Origin: an uncultured Methanosarcinaceae archaeon
GTDB lineage: Archaea; Halobacteriota; Methanosarcinia; Methanosarcinales; Methanosarcinaceae
Reading direction: 5' to 3'
Assembly (NCBI GenBank): GCA_963727895.1
Contig: CAVSHT010000012.1
Location: 352,001-416,000, forward strand
Length of the DNA stretch: 64,000 nt
Positions 34,030 through 43,729 of the stretch are shown here, in pieces (position 1 is the stretch's first letter; each line of letters begins with the position of its first letter). Made by a program: the position numbers and the translations under genes. Below the pieces are notes generated by a model. That model saw only the letters and a list, made by a program, of their open reading frames with translations. It made no database searches and was not told the DNA's origin.

Positions 34030-34150
34030 TAAATCACCAAAAATTAGTATATATCGCGATAGATATAAATATATTAAATAATTGAGGTATTATTTTTAAA
34101 AAGCTTGAAACAAAGCCTTTTAAAGGTTAACTTCTGTCAATCTGCATGAC

Positions 34151-36055
34151 ATGTCCAAACCAGCATATCTTGGCAAAATGCTTCTGCACTGGTGCGAGGC
34201 CTGTAATGTGCCTGTGCTAGGGAAAAAGTGCGGATGCGGTAAAAGTACAAAAAGAGTTGAGGTTACTCCTCCAGGGGATATCCGCCCGGCTTTTGATTAT
34301 GATATCAAACGTATAAACTCTGTTTCAGAAGAACAGTTTAATGCTCCTCTAATACCTGAGGGACATCTTGTAGTGCTAAATAAAGCTCCATATGAAGACC
34401 GTATGGACGAGATTATAGTTGATGGGGAAGTGCTTGCATCTCTTAGATTTGAGATTGAGAGCTGTGAATGGGTTATTCTTCCCAGACTTGAAGGAGCAAA
34501 AAGGCTTTTCCAGGGCAAGGATAAAAAATCTCTGAAAAAATGGGTTATTATCGATGAGGCAATTGTACCTTTTATTCTGAAAAAAGGAGCAAGTGTCCTT
34601 GCGCCCGGTGTTCTTGATGCTGATCCTAAAATCGAAATAGAAGATGAAGTAGTCGTGCTGAATCCTGCAGGAGAAGTAATATGCTGTGGTCGAGCTCGAA
34701 TGTCAGGGAAAGAAATGCGAGAAGAAAACCACGGACATGCCGTAAAACCGCGCTGGAGTAGAGAGCCAGAGCCTCAAAAAGTAAGATCTGGAGGACAGAC
34801 CTGGGAAGATGCCGTAGAAGCAAACAAAAAAATTCTGGACGGCATGATAGAAAGGTCCCACGCCTTCATAAAAAATGTAGTCGGAAGCATGGATCTGAAA
34901 GTAAGCGTATCATATTCTGGTGGAAAGGATAGCCTTGCTGTACTCCAATTAGTCCATGAGAGCCTTGACGATTACGAGATTATGTTTGCAGATACTGGGC
35001 TTGAATTTCCGGAAACTCTTGAAAACGTCAAACAGGTTGTTGAGCACTATGGAAAAACACTACGAATCTCAAGTGCAGGGGAAGCCTTCTGGGATTCTAT
35101 AAGTGTATTTGGTCCTCCTACTCTGGATACTCGCTGGTGCTGCAAGATCTGTAAACTTGGTCCCATCACCCGGTTAATTGATGAGAACTATGAAGGTGGA
35201 TGCCTCAGTTTCATAGGACAGCGTCAGTATGAATCTCATGCTCGCTCAATCAGTAAAAAAGTCTGGAAAAATCCCTGGGTAGGAAATCAGGTAGGTGCAT
35301 CACCTATTCAGGAATGGACAGCCCTTCATGTCTGGCTTTATCTTTTCAAAACAAAAGCTCCCTATAATCCGGCTTATGAGAAAGGTTATGACAGAATGGG
35401 ATGCTGGCTCTGTCCGTCTTCTTCCCTTGCCGATTTCTTCCAGCTCGAAGAAAGCCATCCTGAACTTGCAAAAAAGCTTAACTCTCATCTTCTTGACTAC
35501 GCCGAAAAAACTGGACTTTCTTCAGAATGGGTAAAGTACGGCTTATGGCGTTACAAGCGATATCCTAAGATTCTTCAGGAACTTGCTAAGAAAAAAGGGA
35601 TTTCTCTTATTCCCACACAAGAGCCCCCAAAAGAACTTCATTTTGAAGTGGCAACAGGATACAGACCCTGCAGGGCAGGAGGAATGTCTGCGGATGGAAG
35701 TTTCGGGCAGGCAATTGATATAGAAACTTTGAAAGAAAATGGAATGCTTTCTCCTATCGGAAAGGTTTCTTTTATAGAAGGTGCTGCATCGATTGCTTTT
35801 GAAGAATCCAGAGCACAGGTTTTTGCCTCCGGAAATGTTAACGGAAGAAGTGATGATGAAAAAACGCTAAAAAAGCTTATGAGAAGCGTTGAATTCTCGA
35901 TAAGAAGAGCCTTACTCTGCCAGGGGTGCGGAGTTTGTGTGGGTCATTGTCAGCATAATGCAATTGAAATGAAGGAAAAGAAGGTAATGATTAAAGAAAA
36001 TTGTATTCACTGTGGAGCGTGTATTGAGGTCTGTCCGCTTGTTAAATTTATTTAA
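34151..36055 (+). CDS. PAPS-reductase-family protein with PUA and 4Fe-4S domains
   Basis: N-terminal CxxC/CxC, PUA (LAPGV..AD), SYSGGKDS, DTGLEFPET, RWCCKICK, RMGCWLCP, C-terminal 2x[4Fe-4S]. Confidence 0.9.
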   Translation: MSKPAYLGKMLLHWCEACNVPVLGKKCGCGKSTKRVEVTPPGDIRPAFDYDIKRINSVSEEQFNAPLIPEGHLVVLNKAPYEDRMDEIIVDGEVLASLRFEIESCEWVILPRLEGAKRLFQGKDKKSLKKWVIIDEAIVPFILKKGASVLAPGVLDADPKIEIEDEVVVLNPAGEVICCGRARMSGKEMREENHGHAVKPRWSREPEPQKVRSGGQTWEDAVEANKKILDGMIERSHAFIKNVVGSMDLKVSVSYSGGKDSLAVLQLVHESLDDYEIMFADTGLEFPETLENVKQVVEHYGKTLRISSAGEAFWDSISVFGPPTLDTRWCCKICKLGPITRLIDENYEGGCLSFIGQRQYESHARSISKKVWKNPWVGNQVGASPIQEWTALHVWLYLFKTKAPYNPAYEKGYDRMGCWLCPSSSLADFFQLEESHPELAKKLNSHLLDYAEKTGLSSEWVKYGLWRYKRYPKILQELAKKKGISLIPTQEPPKELHFEVATGYRPCRAGGMSADGSFGQAIDIETLKENGMLSPIGKVSFIEGAASIAFEESRAQVFASGNVNGRSDDEKTLKKLMRSVEFSIRRALLCQGCGVCVGHCQHNAIEMKEKKVMIKENCIHCGACIEVCPLVKFI

Positions 36056-36147
36056 GTTTTACAGGTGATGCTAATTAAAATGAGTCCTTTGTAGAAATAA
36101 ATAGGACTCAGATTGAGATAAATGTAAAACTTGAAATGGATCAAAAA

Positions 36148-37245
36148 TCAATAATCAAATAGGCTTTTCTGCCCCATTCTTTTTTGGAGATATCCTACCC
36201 GAACTCCTACACGTCTGAACTCAGTCTGGCTTTCCGAAAGAAACTCACTCAGAATTTCGCGAATTACTTCAAGAAGAACTTCCTTTGAATAAGCCGGGTG
36301 GTTTAATGTACGACTTCTAGTGTACATCTTGAACTTTGAATTTATGACCGTAATGGTTACAGTCCTGAAGGAAAGACCTCTTGAATCGAGTTTTGAGATT
36401 ACATCTCCTGCCAGTTTCTCAATTAAGTGAGAAATAATGTTGATATCAAAAGTATCCTCAGGCAAGGTTGCGATTCTTCCTATTTGTTCGGAGCCATCCC
36501 TTTCTTTCAGGGGAGAATCATCGATTCCCGCCGCAGCCTGTTTAAGCCAGATGCCTCTGTTTTTTCCAAAAGTTGAGATCAGATCAATAACGTCGTGTTC
36601 AGCAAGGTCTTTTATTGTGACTATGCTCATTTCCTGCAGTTTTTCTGCAGTTACATTTCCAATTCCCCAGAGTTTGGATACATTAAGAGGCCAGAGAAAA
36701 TTCTCAAGTTTTTCTGGAGTTATAACTGTAATTCCATTGGGTTTCTGTACAGAAGAAGCCATCTTGGCAATAAGCTTATTTGGGCCTATCCCTACAGAGC
36801 ATGTCAGGTTTTCCTTATCCTTAATCTCATTTTTAATTTGGGTTCCAATCTCAAAAGCCAGATTAAAATTCCCGCCTGTTTTCTCGGTAACTTCCAGGAA
36901 TGCTTCATCTATACTGATCTGCTCAAAAGCTTCTCCTGTCTCCCTGAAATCTGCATAATTCCTGAGAATTTCCATGACCTGATCCGAAACTGAAGTGTAA
37001 AACTCTTTTCTGGCAGGTAGAAAAATAGCCTCTATATTCAGCTTTTTTGCCTTTGAACAGAACATACCTGCCCTGATCCCGGATTCTCGTGCAATATAAT
37101 TGCAGGTACTCACAGCTCCACTTAACTCGCTTCTTCCGGAAAGCATACAGACAACAACAGCTTTTCCCTGAAGATCAGGTTTTTCCCGCTCTTCAATTGC
37201 TGCAAAAAAATAGTCCATATCCACATGGAGAACAACACGATGCAT
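36148..37245 (-). CDS. dinB: DNA polymerase IV (Y family)
   Basis: LHVDMDYFFAAIE, CNY.AR..GI..GM, SIDEAFL, NKLIAKMAS...KPNG, WGIG. Confidence 0.95.
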   Translation of the reverse strand: MHRVVLHVDMDYFFAAIEEREKPDLQGKAVVVCMLSGRSELSGAVSTCNYIARESGIRAGMFCSKAKKLNIEAIFLPARKEFYTSVSDQVMEILRNYADFRETGEAFEQISIDEAFLEVTEKTGGNFNLAFEIGTQIKNEIKDKENLTCSVGIGPNKLIAKMASSVQKPNGITVITPEKLENFLWPLNVSKLWGIGNVTAEKLQEMSIVTIKDLAEHDVIDLISTFGKNRGIWLKQAAAGIDDSPLKERDGSEQIGRIATLPEDTFDINIISHLIEKLAGDVISKLDSRGLSFRTVTITVINSKFKMYTRSRTLNHPAYSKEVLLEVIREILSEFLSESQTEFRRVGVRVGYLQKRMGQKSLFDY

Positions 37246-37562
37246 CGAAAAAAATAGGCTGGGAAGATTTGTATAATTATCTCTTGAAAAATGAAAATTA
37301 GGGAAACACAAAAAGATATTAAAAGTGACTACTTTCTTAACTTTATTGAGAAAAATCTATCGATTTTAAGAACATAATACAATTGATAGACCGATAAAAG
37401 AGATTGTTTAAAGATAGTTATGGAGGAAAAAATTCAGAATATGCCTTATTTTAAAACCGTGAAATAAAAAGTTGCCTGGAAGCCAGGCAACTGCATAAAT
37501 CCTGTCAAGGATATTATCAATACATTTCGCTTTTTGTGTTTCGTTCTACTCTTTATATACAG

Positions 37563-38990
37563 TTATTTATTTACAGTTACGTTATTGGTTATAGTACTCC
37601 CTGAATACTCCCCATTGTTAATGGTGCTTCCTGAATCATCACCAATATTTACTGCGCTTCCTGAATCATCACCAATATTTACTGTGCTTCCTGAATCATC
37701 ACCAATATTTACTGTGCTTCCTGAATCATCTCCTTTGTTAATAGTGCTTCCTGAATCATCTCCTTTGTTAATAGTGCTTCCTGAATCATCACCAATATTT
37801 ACTGTGCTTCCTGAATCATCTCCTTTGTTAATAGTGCTTCCTGAATCATCTCCTTTGTTAATAGTGCTTCCTGAATCATCTCCTTTGTTAATAGTGCTTC
37901 CTGAATCATTTCCTTTGTTAATAGTGCTTCCTGAATCATCTCCTTTGTTAATAGTGCTTCCTGAATCATCACCAATATTTACTGTGCTTCCTGAATCATC
38001 TCCTTTGTTAATAGTGCTTCCTGAATCATCACCAATATTTACTGTGCTTCCGGAATCCTCGCCATTGTTAATACTGCTTCCTGCTCCTGTCCCAACATAA
38101 TTCGTATCGCCTGCATCCACTCCGTTGTTGATACTGCTTCCTGCTCCCGTCCCAACATAATTATATTGGCCTGCATCCTCGCCATTATTAATACTGGTTC
38201 CATAAGAATATTGGCCTGCATCCTCGCCATAGTTAATAGCGCTTCCGGCACTCTCTCCATTGTAAATAGTGTTTCCTGAACCCGCTCCATTGTTAAGAGT
38301 GCTTCCTGCACCGTCCCCATTGTTAAGAGTGCTTCCTGCATAGGTACCATAATTAAAGGTTGATCCTGCGTACTGCCCATTATAATTGTTTATAGTATTT
38401 CCTGAATAATCTCCCTTGTTAACGGTACTTCCTGAATTTTCTCCATTATTTACGGTAGCTCCTGCATAAGTTCCCTCATTAACGGTACTTCCATTATTAT
38501 CTGTCTCTTGAGCGTCATTTTCTGCTTTAGATTCAGTTTTAGAGGTGTTATCGGCGCACGAATCATTGGTAGAAACATTTTCTGCACTTGAATTGTTAAC
38601 AATATTATCTTCACTTGATTCATTGTTAGCTGTGTCTTCTGAGTTCAGCTCAGTGTCAGCAGTGCTACTTGAACTTGAACTCACATGGCGAACGATGACC
38701 TTTGAATTCGGCTCATAGACAAAAGTAACGTTGTTAAATGTCACATTGTTGAATGTATTATGTGAGTCAGGTCCATTGATAAATGTGACATTGTTAAATG
38801 TCACATTGTTGAATACGTTCCCTGAGCCAGCATCTATATAATCTGGAGTTACTGTGTTCTGCCCTGAATTACTATTGTTCCCTATGTTACAATTTGTTTC
38901 TGCTGCTGCCGTTGACGCTAATATCGAAAAAAATATTATCACAAAAAGACATGCTGTCTTTTTCATTCTGACAAACCGTTGATTTTTCAT
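37563..38990 (-). CDS. Secreted Asn/Gly/Ser/Asp-rich repeat protein (predicted beta-solenoid)
   Basis: Signal peptide (MKKTACLFVIIFFSILASTAAA), NNVTF repeats, then more than 25 ~10-aa G-S-T-x-N-x-G-x-x-x repeats. Start codon uncertain (38966/38990/39011). Confidence 0.8.
   Translation of the reverse strand: MKNQRFVRMKKTACLFVIIFFSILASTAAAETNCNIGNNSNSGQNTVTPDYIDAGSGNVFNNVTFNNVTFINGPDSHNTFNNVTFNNVTFVYEPNSKVIVRHVSSSSSSTADTELNSEDTANNESSEDNIVNNSSAENVSTNDSCADNTSKTESKAENDAQETDNNGSTVNEGTYAGATVNNGENSGSTVNKGDYSGNTINNYNGQYAGSTFNYGTYAGSTLNNGDGAGSTLNNGAGSGNTIYNGESAGSAINYGEDAGQYSYGTSINNGEDAGQYNYVGTGAGSSINNGVDAGDTNYVGTGAGSSINNGEDSGSTVNIGDDSGSTINKGDDSGSTVNIGDDSGSTINKGDDSGSTINKGNDSGSTINKGDDSGSTINKGDDSGSTINKGDDSGSTVNIGDDSGSTINKGDDSGSTINKGDDSGSTVNIGDDSGSTVNIGDDSGSAVNIGDDSGSTINNGEYSGSTITNNVTVNK
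37590..38080. repeat. 30-bp coding tandem repeat (~16 copies, two variants encoding GSTINKGDDS / GSTVNIGDDS)
   Basis: Read directly: (atagt|actgt)gcttcctgaatcatc(tcctttgtta|accaatattt). Confidence 0.95.
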
Positions 38991-39349
38991 TTCCCCACTC
39001 TCCATATACACTCAGTTTTGAAAATCGTATGCTGTTGAAGTCTCAATCCACTTTATAGGTTGTCTCACTATAGAAGGAATTTTTCTACAATATTATAAGA
39101 TTTATTAATGGAAACACCTATGAGAGAATGTATTAAGTACTCAATATACAAAATACTCCAATATATTTTCTCATTAGATAACTTAATAATTAATTGTAAA
39201 ATATATCAAATAAATAGAAACCGGATTAAGAATCAAATGTAAGTAAAATATGGTAGTTTCCCCAAACCAATCTCATATTTACTCAATAAAAGTTTCAGAA
39301 TTCTTTTTTGTGAAAATCCTGAAACGAAAAATAAACCGTAAAAAAGGTT

Positions 39350-40919
39350 TTATTTTCTTTTAAGGAATACAACAGTATTATTAATCGGAGGTTCTGGCTG
39401 AACTCTGAGGAATTCTTTAAATCCCGCAGGCAATTCAAAAAAAGGGTATTGGTAATTAAAAATAGATATATATGCTTATAACATATATTTCTTCATTAAC
39501 TGCCCAAAATGTAATAGTTCCAGTCACAAAAAGAACGGTATAGTTGGTGGGCGTCAACGCTACAAATGCCATGATTGTGGCTATAACTATACAGTAGAGC
39601 TAAAATCAACTGCTTTTTCCGCCTCTGTTAAAAGACAGGCTTTACAACTTTACCTTGAAAGATTGGGCTTTCGTTCAATAGGAAGAGTTTTAGGGGTGAG
39701 TCATGTTTCTGTCCAAAGATGGATAAAGAAATTTGGTCAGGAGTTAGAGGACCTAAAAAGTGAAAATGAGATATCTATTGTTGAAATGGATGAAATGCAC
39801 ACTTACATCGGTAACAAAAAAAATATTGCTGGATCTGGATTGCTGTTGATAGAGTTGGGAAAAAGTTCATCAACTGCTCTTTTGGCAGCAGAGGAACAGA
39901 AACTGGAAAACTACTCTGGGAAAAAGTGAAGAAAAAAGACATTGGAGAAGTGATGACAGATCACTGGAGGGCATATGCAGAGTTTCTTCCAGAAAAGATC
40001 CATACTCAATCAAAAGCAGAAACGTATACTGTTGAAGGATATAACAGCATATTGAGGCATTTCCTGGCAAGGTTGAGAAGAAAGACAAAGTGTTATACGA
40101 AGAGTCTTGAAATGCTAAAGTACTCGGTTATTCTATTGATGAAATACAGAAATAAAGAACTAGATATAGTTAAGTAACAATACCAAAAAAAGAACTGCAA
40201 TCAAGAAGTCTTCGAAGACCTTTTTCGTAGAGACGATAAGAGATTTTGCTTTCTACAGGAAGGACTTTTGAAAGGTGTTCAAATATCTCTTTTTTGGGCT
40301 CTGCCTGTGCAGCAACCATGTAAAGATCACATCTATATTCAAGGGACAAGGTGAAATGATTTCCTTCAATTATCTTGATACTTTCAGAAAGATCTAGGCG
40401 AGCAATTACTTTATGAGAGAGGCTTGCTCTTTTTTTATCCTGTTCAATTCCGACTCCAAAAAGGCCATATTCGTGGCAGAGCACTATTAAACTCAGATGG
40501 AGAGGACCATTCCCTAGAAAAAGAACACAATCTTTGGGTTTCAGGTTAGCACCTGTGTATTCAGTTCTGGCAGGCTGCAGATAATTCGGATAAAATGTAA
40601 AATTCTGGAGAGTCTCCCAGGGATTTGAGCTTTCAAGAAGGCTCTTTGCTTTTTCAATTTCAAGTTTCAGATTGTATAAAAACCGAAAGCGAGAGATCTC
40701 AGATATGAGGAGATCAAAATCTGAGCTTTTAAGAATTAACTCTAGAGACTTTTCATCTAAATCCAGAGTTGCAAGTTCGTCCAGTCTTTTAAACATGGCA
40801 TCTGTTTCAAGGGAGAAATTTTCCAGAACCTCAGTTTCTCCAAGACCTTTTACCTGAGAATAGATCTGGCGAAATTCGGTAATTAAGAGTTCAACATCAA
40901 TCTGTTGAATATTACTCAC
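39350..40919 (-). pseudogene. Nicotianamine synthase-like protein, 3' end split off by IS1 copy 5
   Basis: FTFYPNY, LFLGNGPLHLS, VAAQAEPK, YRLYEKGLRRLL. Across the IS the frame continues ELPAGFKEFLRVQPEPPINNTVVFLKRK* (stop 39350-39352). Confidence 0.8.
39445..40184 (+). mobile_element. IS1-family element, copy 5
   Basis: Ends GGTATTGG...CAATACC; 8-bp TSD AAAAAAAG at 39437-39444 and 40185-40192. Confidence 0.93.
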
Positions 40920-41784
40920 ACTCCCGAAAAACCAGGGTGTTGTTTATCTTTCCATCTGGATAAATTTCTTTTATTTTTTTAAATCCTTTAATATGTTCAG
41001 GTAGGACGGGCCAATAAAGCAACTGTCTCATCCCACTATAGTCACGATAGCACACTGAGACAGGTTTTTGAGATTCGGATCTTCGATTTTTAATAATCGA
41101 ATGGAGGTTACGGAAGATGCATTGTTTAGGTTCAGCAAGACCTGCTATCAGCACAGAGTCCCAGTAGAGATTCGAAAGTGAATTTTCGTCACCTTCGACA
41201 ATACTGATTTCTTTTTCAAGACCAAAATGTTTTACACAGCTTTTTGCAAGATTCACTGCTTCGGGATCCTTATCTATACCGATACAATGGATACCATATA
41301 GCTTACTGAATAGCAGTAGAGTTATGGGAATAGGACCGCAGCCTATGAAAACCAATACTTTAATTTCAGGAGAGTCCTGAACCTGGTTTTTGATCATATT
41401 TTCATATCTGGCATATAGAGGAAAAGATTCAAGCATTTTCCATGGTTCTTTGCAAGCCAGAATTTTTTTTGCGAGTTGAGTTTCATGTATACTAAAAAAT
41501 TGAGTATAACTGGTGTAAATTGAAGGAAGGACCGAGCTGATTACAGGATATCTAAGTAAGGCCTGACAAAGGTTGTTAGAAACATCAAGATGTCCAAGTT
41601 CATCAATCTCGGAGAAGATCTCATAGAGTTTAGCAATGTTTGATTCTGCAATTTTAGTTAAATCATTGTCTTTAATATTGCTGTAAAAATGCAATATGTG
41701 AGATTTTATGTCGTATAACTGTAGTTCATATCCCTGAAATTGGGCTAGATTATTGCTGTTTTCAACACATGGTAAGCTGCTCAT
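40912..41784 (-). CDS. Nicotianamine synthase-like protein
   Basis: HE..LA, FPLYARY, VFIGCGPIPIT (NAS SAM-binding motif), GIDKDPEA, AGLAEPK, GMRQLLY, NNTLVF; overlaps the downstream paralog by 8 bp. Confidence 0.82.
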   Translation of the reverse strand: MSSLPCVENSNNLAQFQGYELQLYDIKSHILHFYSNIKDNDLTKIAESNIAKLYEIFSEIDELGHLDVSNNLCQALLRYPVISSVLPSIYTSYTQFFSIHETQLAKKILACKEPWKMLESFPLYARYENMIKNQVQDSPEIKVLVFIGCGPIPITLLLFSKLYGIHCIGIDKDPEAVNLAKSCVKHFGLEKEISIVEGDENSLSNLYWDSVLIAGLAEPKQCIFRNLHSIIKNRRSESQKPVSVCYRDYSGMRQLLYWPVLPEHIKGFKKIKEIYPDGKINNTLVFRECE

Positions 41785-42075
41785 GAGATCACACGCATCT
41801 TCATTTATTTTACTTGAAATAAAGAATAATATATATAATAAAAATTGTTGTAATTTTATTTAGATACTTTTTGATATTTTAGAGCAGCCACCCATAATAA
41901 AAAATTTTTGTCATATAAGATCGTAAATAAGATTAAAAAAGTAGTAGAGCTTCACAATTATTTGTTTTGTTGTATGAAAATGAATAAATAGAATTTGTTA
42001 ACGGAGAGAAAATAAAAATGTTAGGGCATTTCACAAAAACAGAACCAAAAAATGTACGATCAAAGAGACTAGTTT

Positions 42076-42827
42076 TTACTCTTTCTGCCCTGAAATTAGA
42101 AAAATGGAGTTAGTTCCAAGAACTTTTTGTGGGAATGATTGTTTACTTTCTTTAAATTTCTGTATATCTAATAGGGGATTGATTGAAGTGTTAACAAACC
42201 CATTTTCAGATACGAGAATTGAAGCCTTTTTCGGACTTATTTCTTCATAGAGAGGTAACGAACTTTAGATTGGCCCATAATAATCTTTAAAGACAGAATT
42301 GTGCGGATTTTTATTCGTAAGCTTGTCTGTCCACTCATAAACTGCTCTTTTAATTCGTTTGCTTGGTCGTGGATCAAACCAGTCTCCATCAATAGCTAAA
42401 ACCATACCTCCGGGTTTAAGAACTCTTTTCCATTCTCTAATAACACATTCAGGCTGCTGAAGAGTCCATAGAAGAAATTTATTAGTGACCAGATCAAAAG
42501 AACTATCCTTAAAAGGTAGTTTTTCCGCATTCCCGTGGAAAAAATCAATATCAAAACCCATATTATGTGCGTTATTTTTTGCTTTTTCAAGCATACCTGA
42601 AGAAAGGTCCACTCCTGTTACCTTATGACCCATCTCGGCAAAAAGTAGTGCAAGAAAACCAGCACCAGTTCCAACATCCAGTACATTTAAACGTTCATTA
42701 AAATCTATAAAATATTTAAATGTTTGGTTCCAGACAGCGCGTTCTTCCTCATCAAAGCCATTTATACCGTTTGTGTAGTAGAGGACCTTATATTCCAATA
42801 ACTAGCAATAACTTTCTTGCAGTCTAT
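42076..42827 (-). pseudogene. Class I SAM-dependent methyltransferase (UbiE-like), degraded
   Basis: VLDVGTGAGFLA, GVDLS..ML, GNAEKLPF.DSSFD, RVLKPGG. Start appears to be ATA, with a frameshift at ~42780 and an in-frame TAA at 42265; the frame continues to TAA at 42076. Confidence 0.8.
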
Positions 42828-43729
42828 ACGAATTCCTCCGAAAAATTTTAAAGAGAGATTATTTAATATCCTTATTTTGCATATTTTACTGGTTTCCGTA
42901 GTACAATTTTAGAAAATGTTCTTTTTATGTCCGTTTTTCTATTTTACTGCCCAAAAAACCATGAACTTTTTGAGCTGTATTCCACAGAAAATGAATATTG
43001 AAGAAAGAACAAGACCTAAGATTGTAAGATGAATCTTTTCTTATTATAGTAATAATTGTTACGATATTATTTGCATATCACCCCAAGTAATATAAATATA
43101 TGTTTTGATTATAATTAGTATTACAAATCATAATAACATTATATATAGTGAAAACATGCATAAATAGAAAAGTCAAAACGGTAAAATTAGATACGCTTAC
43201 GGTCTCAGTCCTACCTTTAATTGCCCTTATAACCAAAAGACAAACAATTCCAAGATATATTGAAAAGTATGAGTATTACAGAATAACAAGAAATCGTCTT
43301 TGAAAAACTATCGAAATCAGTTCCAAAAATTAAAATAAAACAAGAAATAATACATAAAACAAAATTCATTAAAAATTGCAATGAATTTTATCAAAAATTA
43401 GCTATTTTTTCTGTACCAAAAGAAAATCCAAAAAACTCTAAAATCAAAGTTGCGCTGGCGCACCCTGCAGCAAGCTAGCAGGGTATTCGACTGAAATAAA
43501 ATGGTACAAACCTTAATGATTTGCCTTCTACAGTTTGTACCATTCTCATTAAGACTACAAAACAATCTCATTGCATGGATATACATATCTCTTGCAGCTT
43601 AATTTTCTCTGTACTTTTTTCCATTATATATCTGTGGCTTTTCCTCCTAGATTTTTCAGATAATTTCACCAATGTTACTCTAATACATTTTTTTGTTATT
43701 CTTGTAAAAATAAACAAAATTTAGATGGA

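Larger units (their letters stand above)
27944..34102 (-). mobile_element. Decayed tyrosine-recombinase integrative element, invaded by three IS1 copies
   Basis: Integrase at the right end, co-oriented small phage/plasmid-like ORFs, and a TTTTTAAAAA direct repeat at 27944-27953 and 34093-34102 that splits a CAAGC...GCTTG palindrome. Confidence 0.75.

Noticed and set aside
37590..38080. CRISPR array (30-bp periodicity)
   Set aside because: No spacers; the repeat is in frame within a coding gene.
37534..38100. Plus-strand 188-aa VLPESSP repeat ORF
   Set aside because: Antisense shadow of the repeat gene, which has the signal peptide and RBS.
43040..43130. NikR/Fur-type operator (GTAATA...TATTAC) upstream of the methyltransferase-NAS locus
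   Set aside because: Half-site spacing is long and the region is extremely AT-rich, so it cannot be distinguished from chance.
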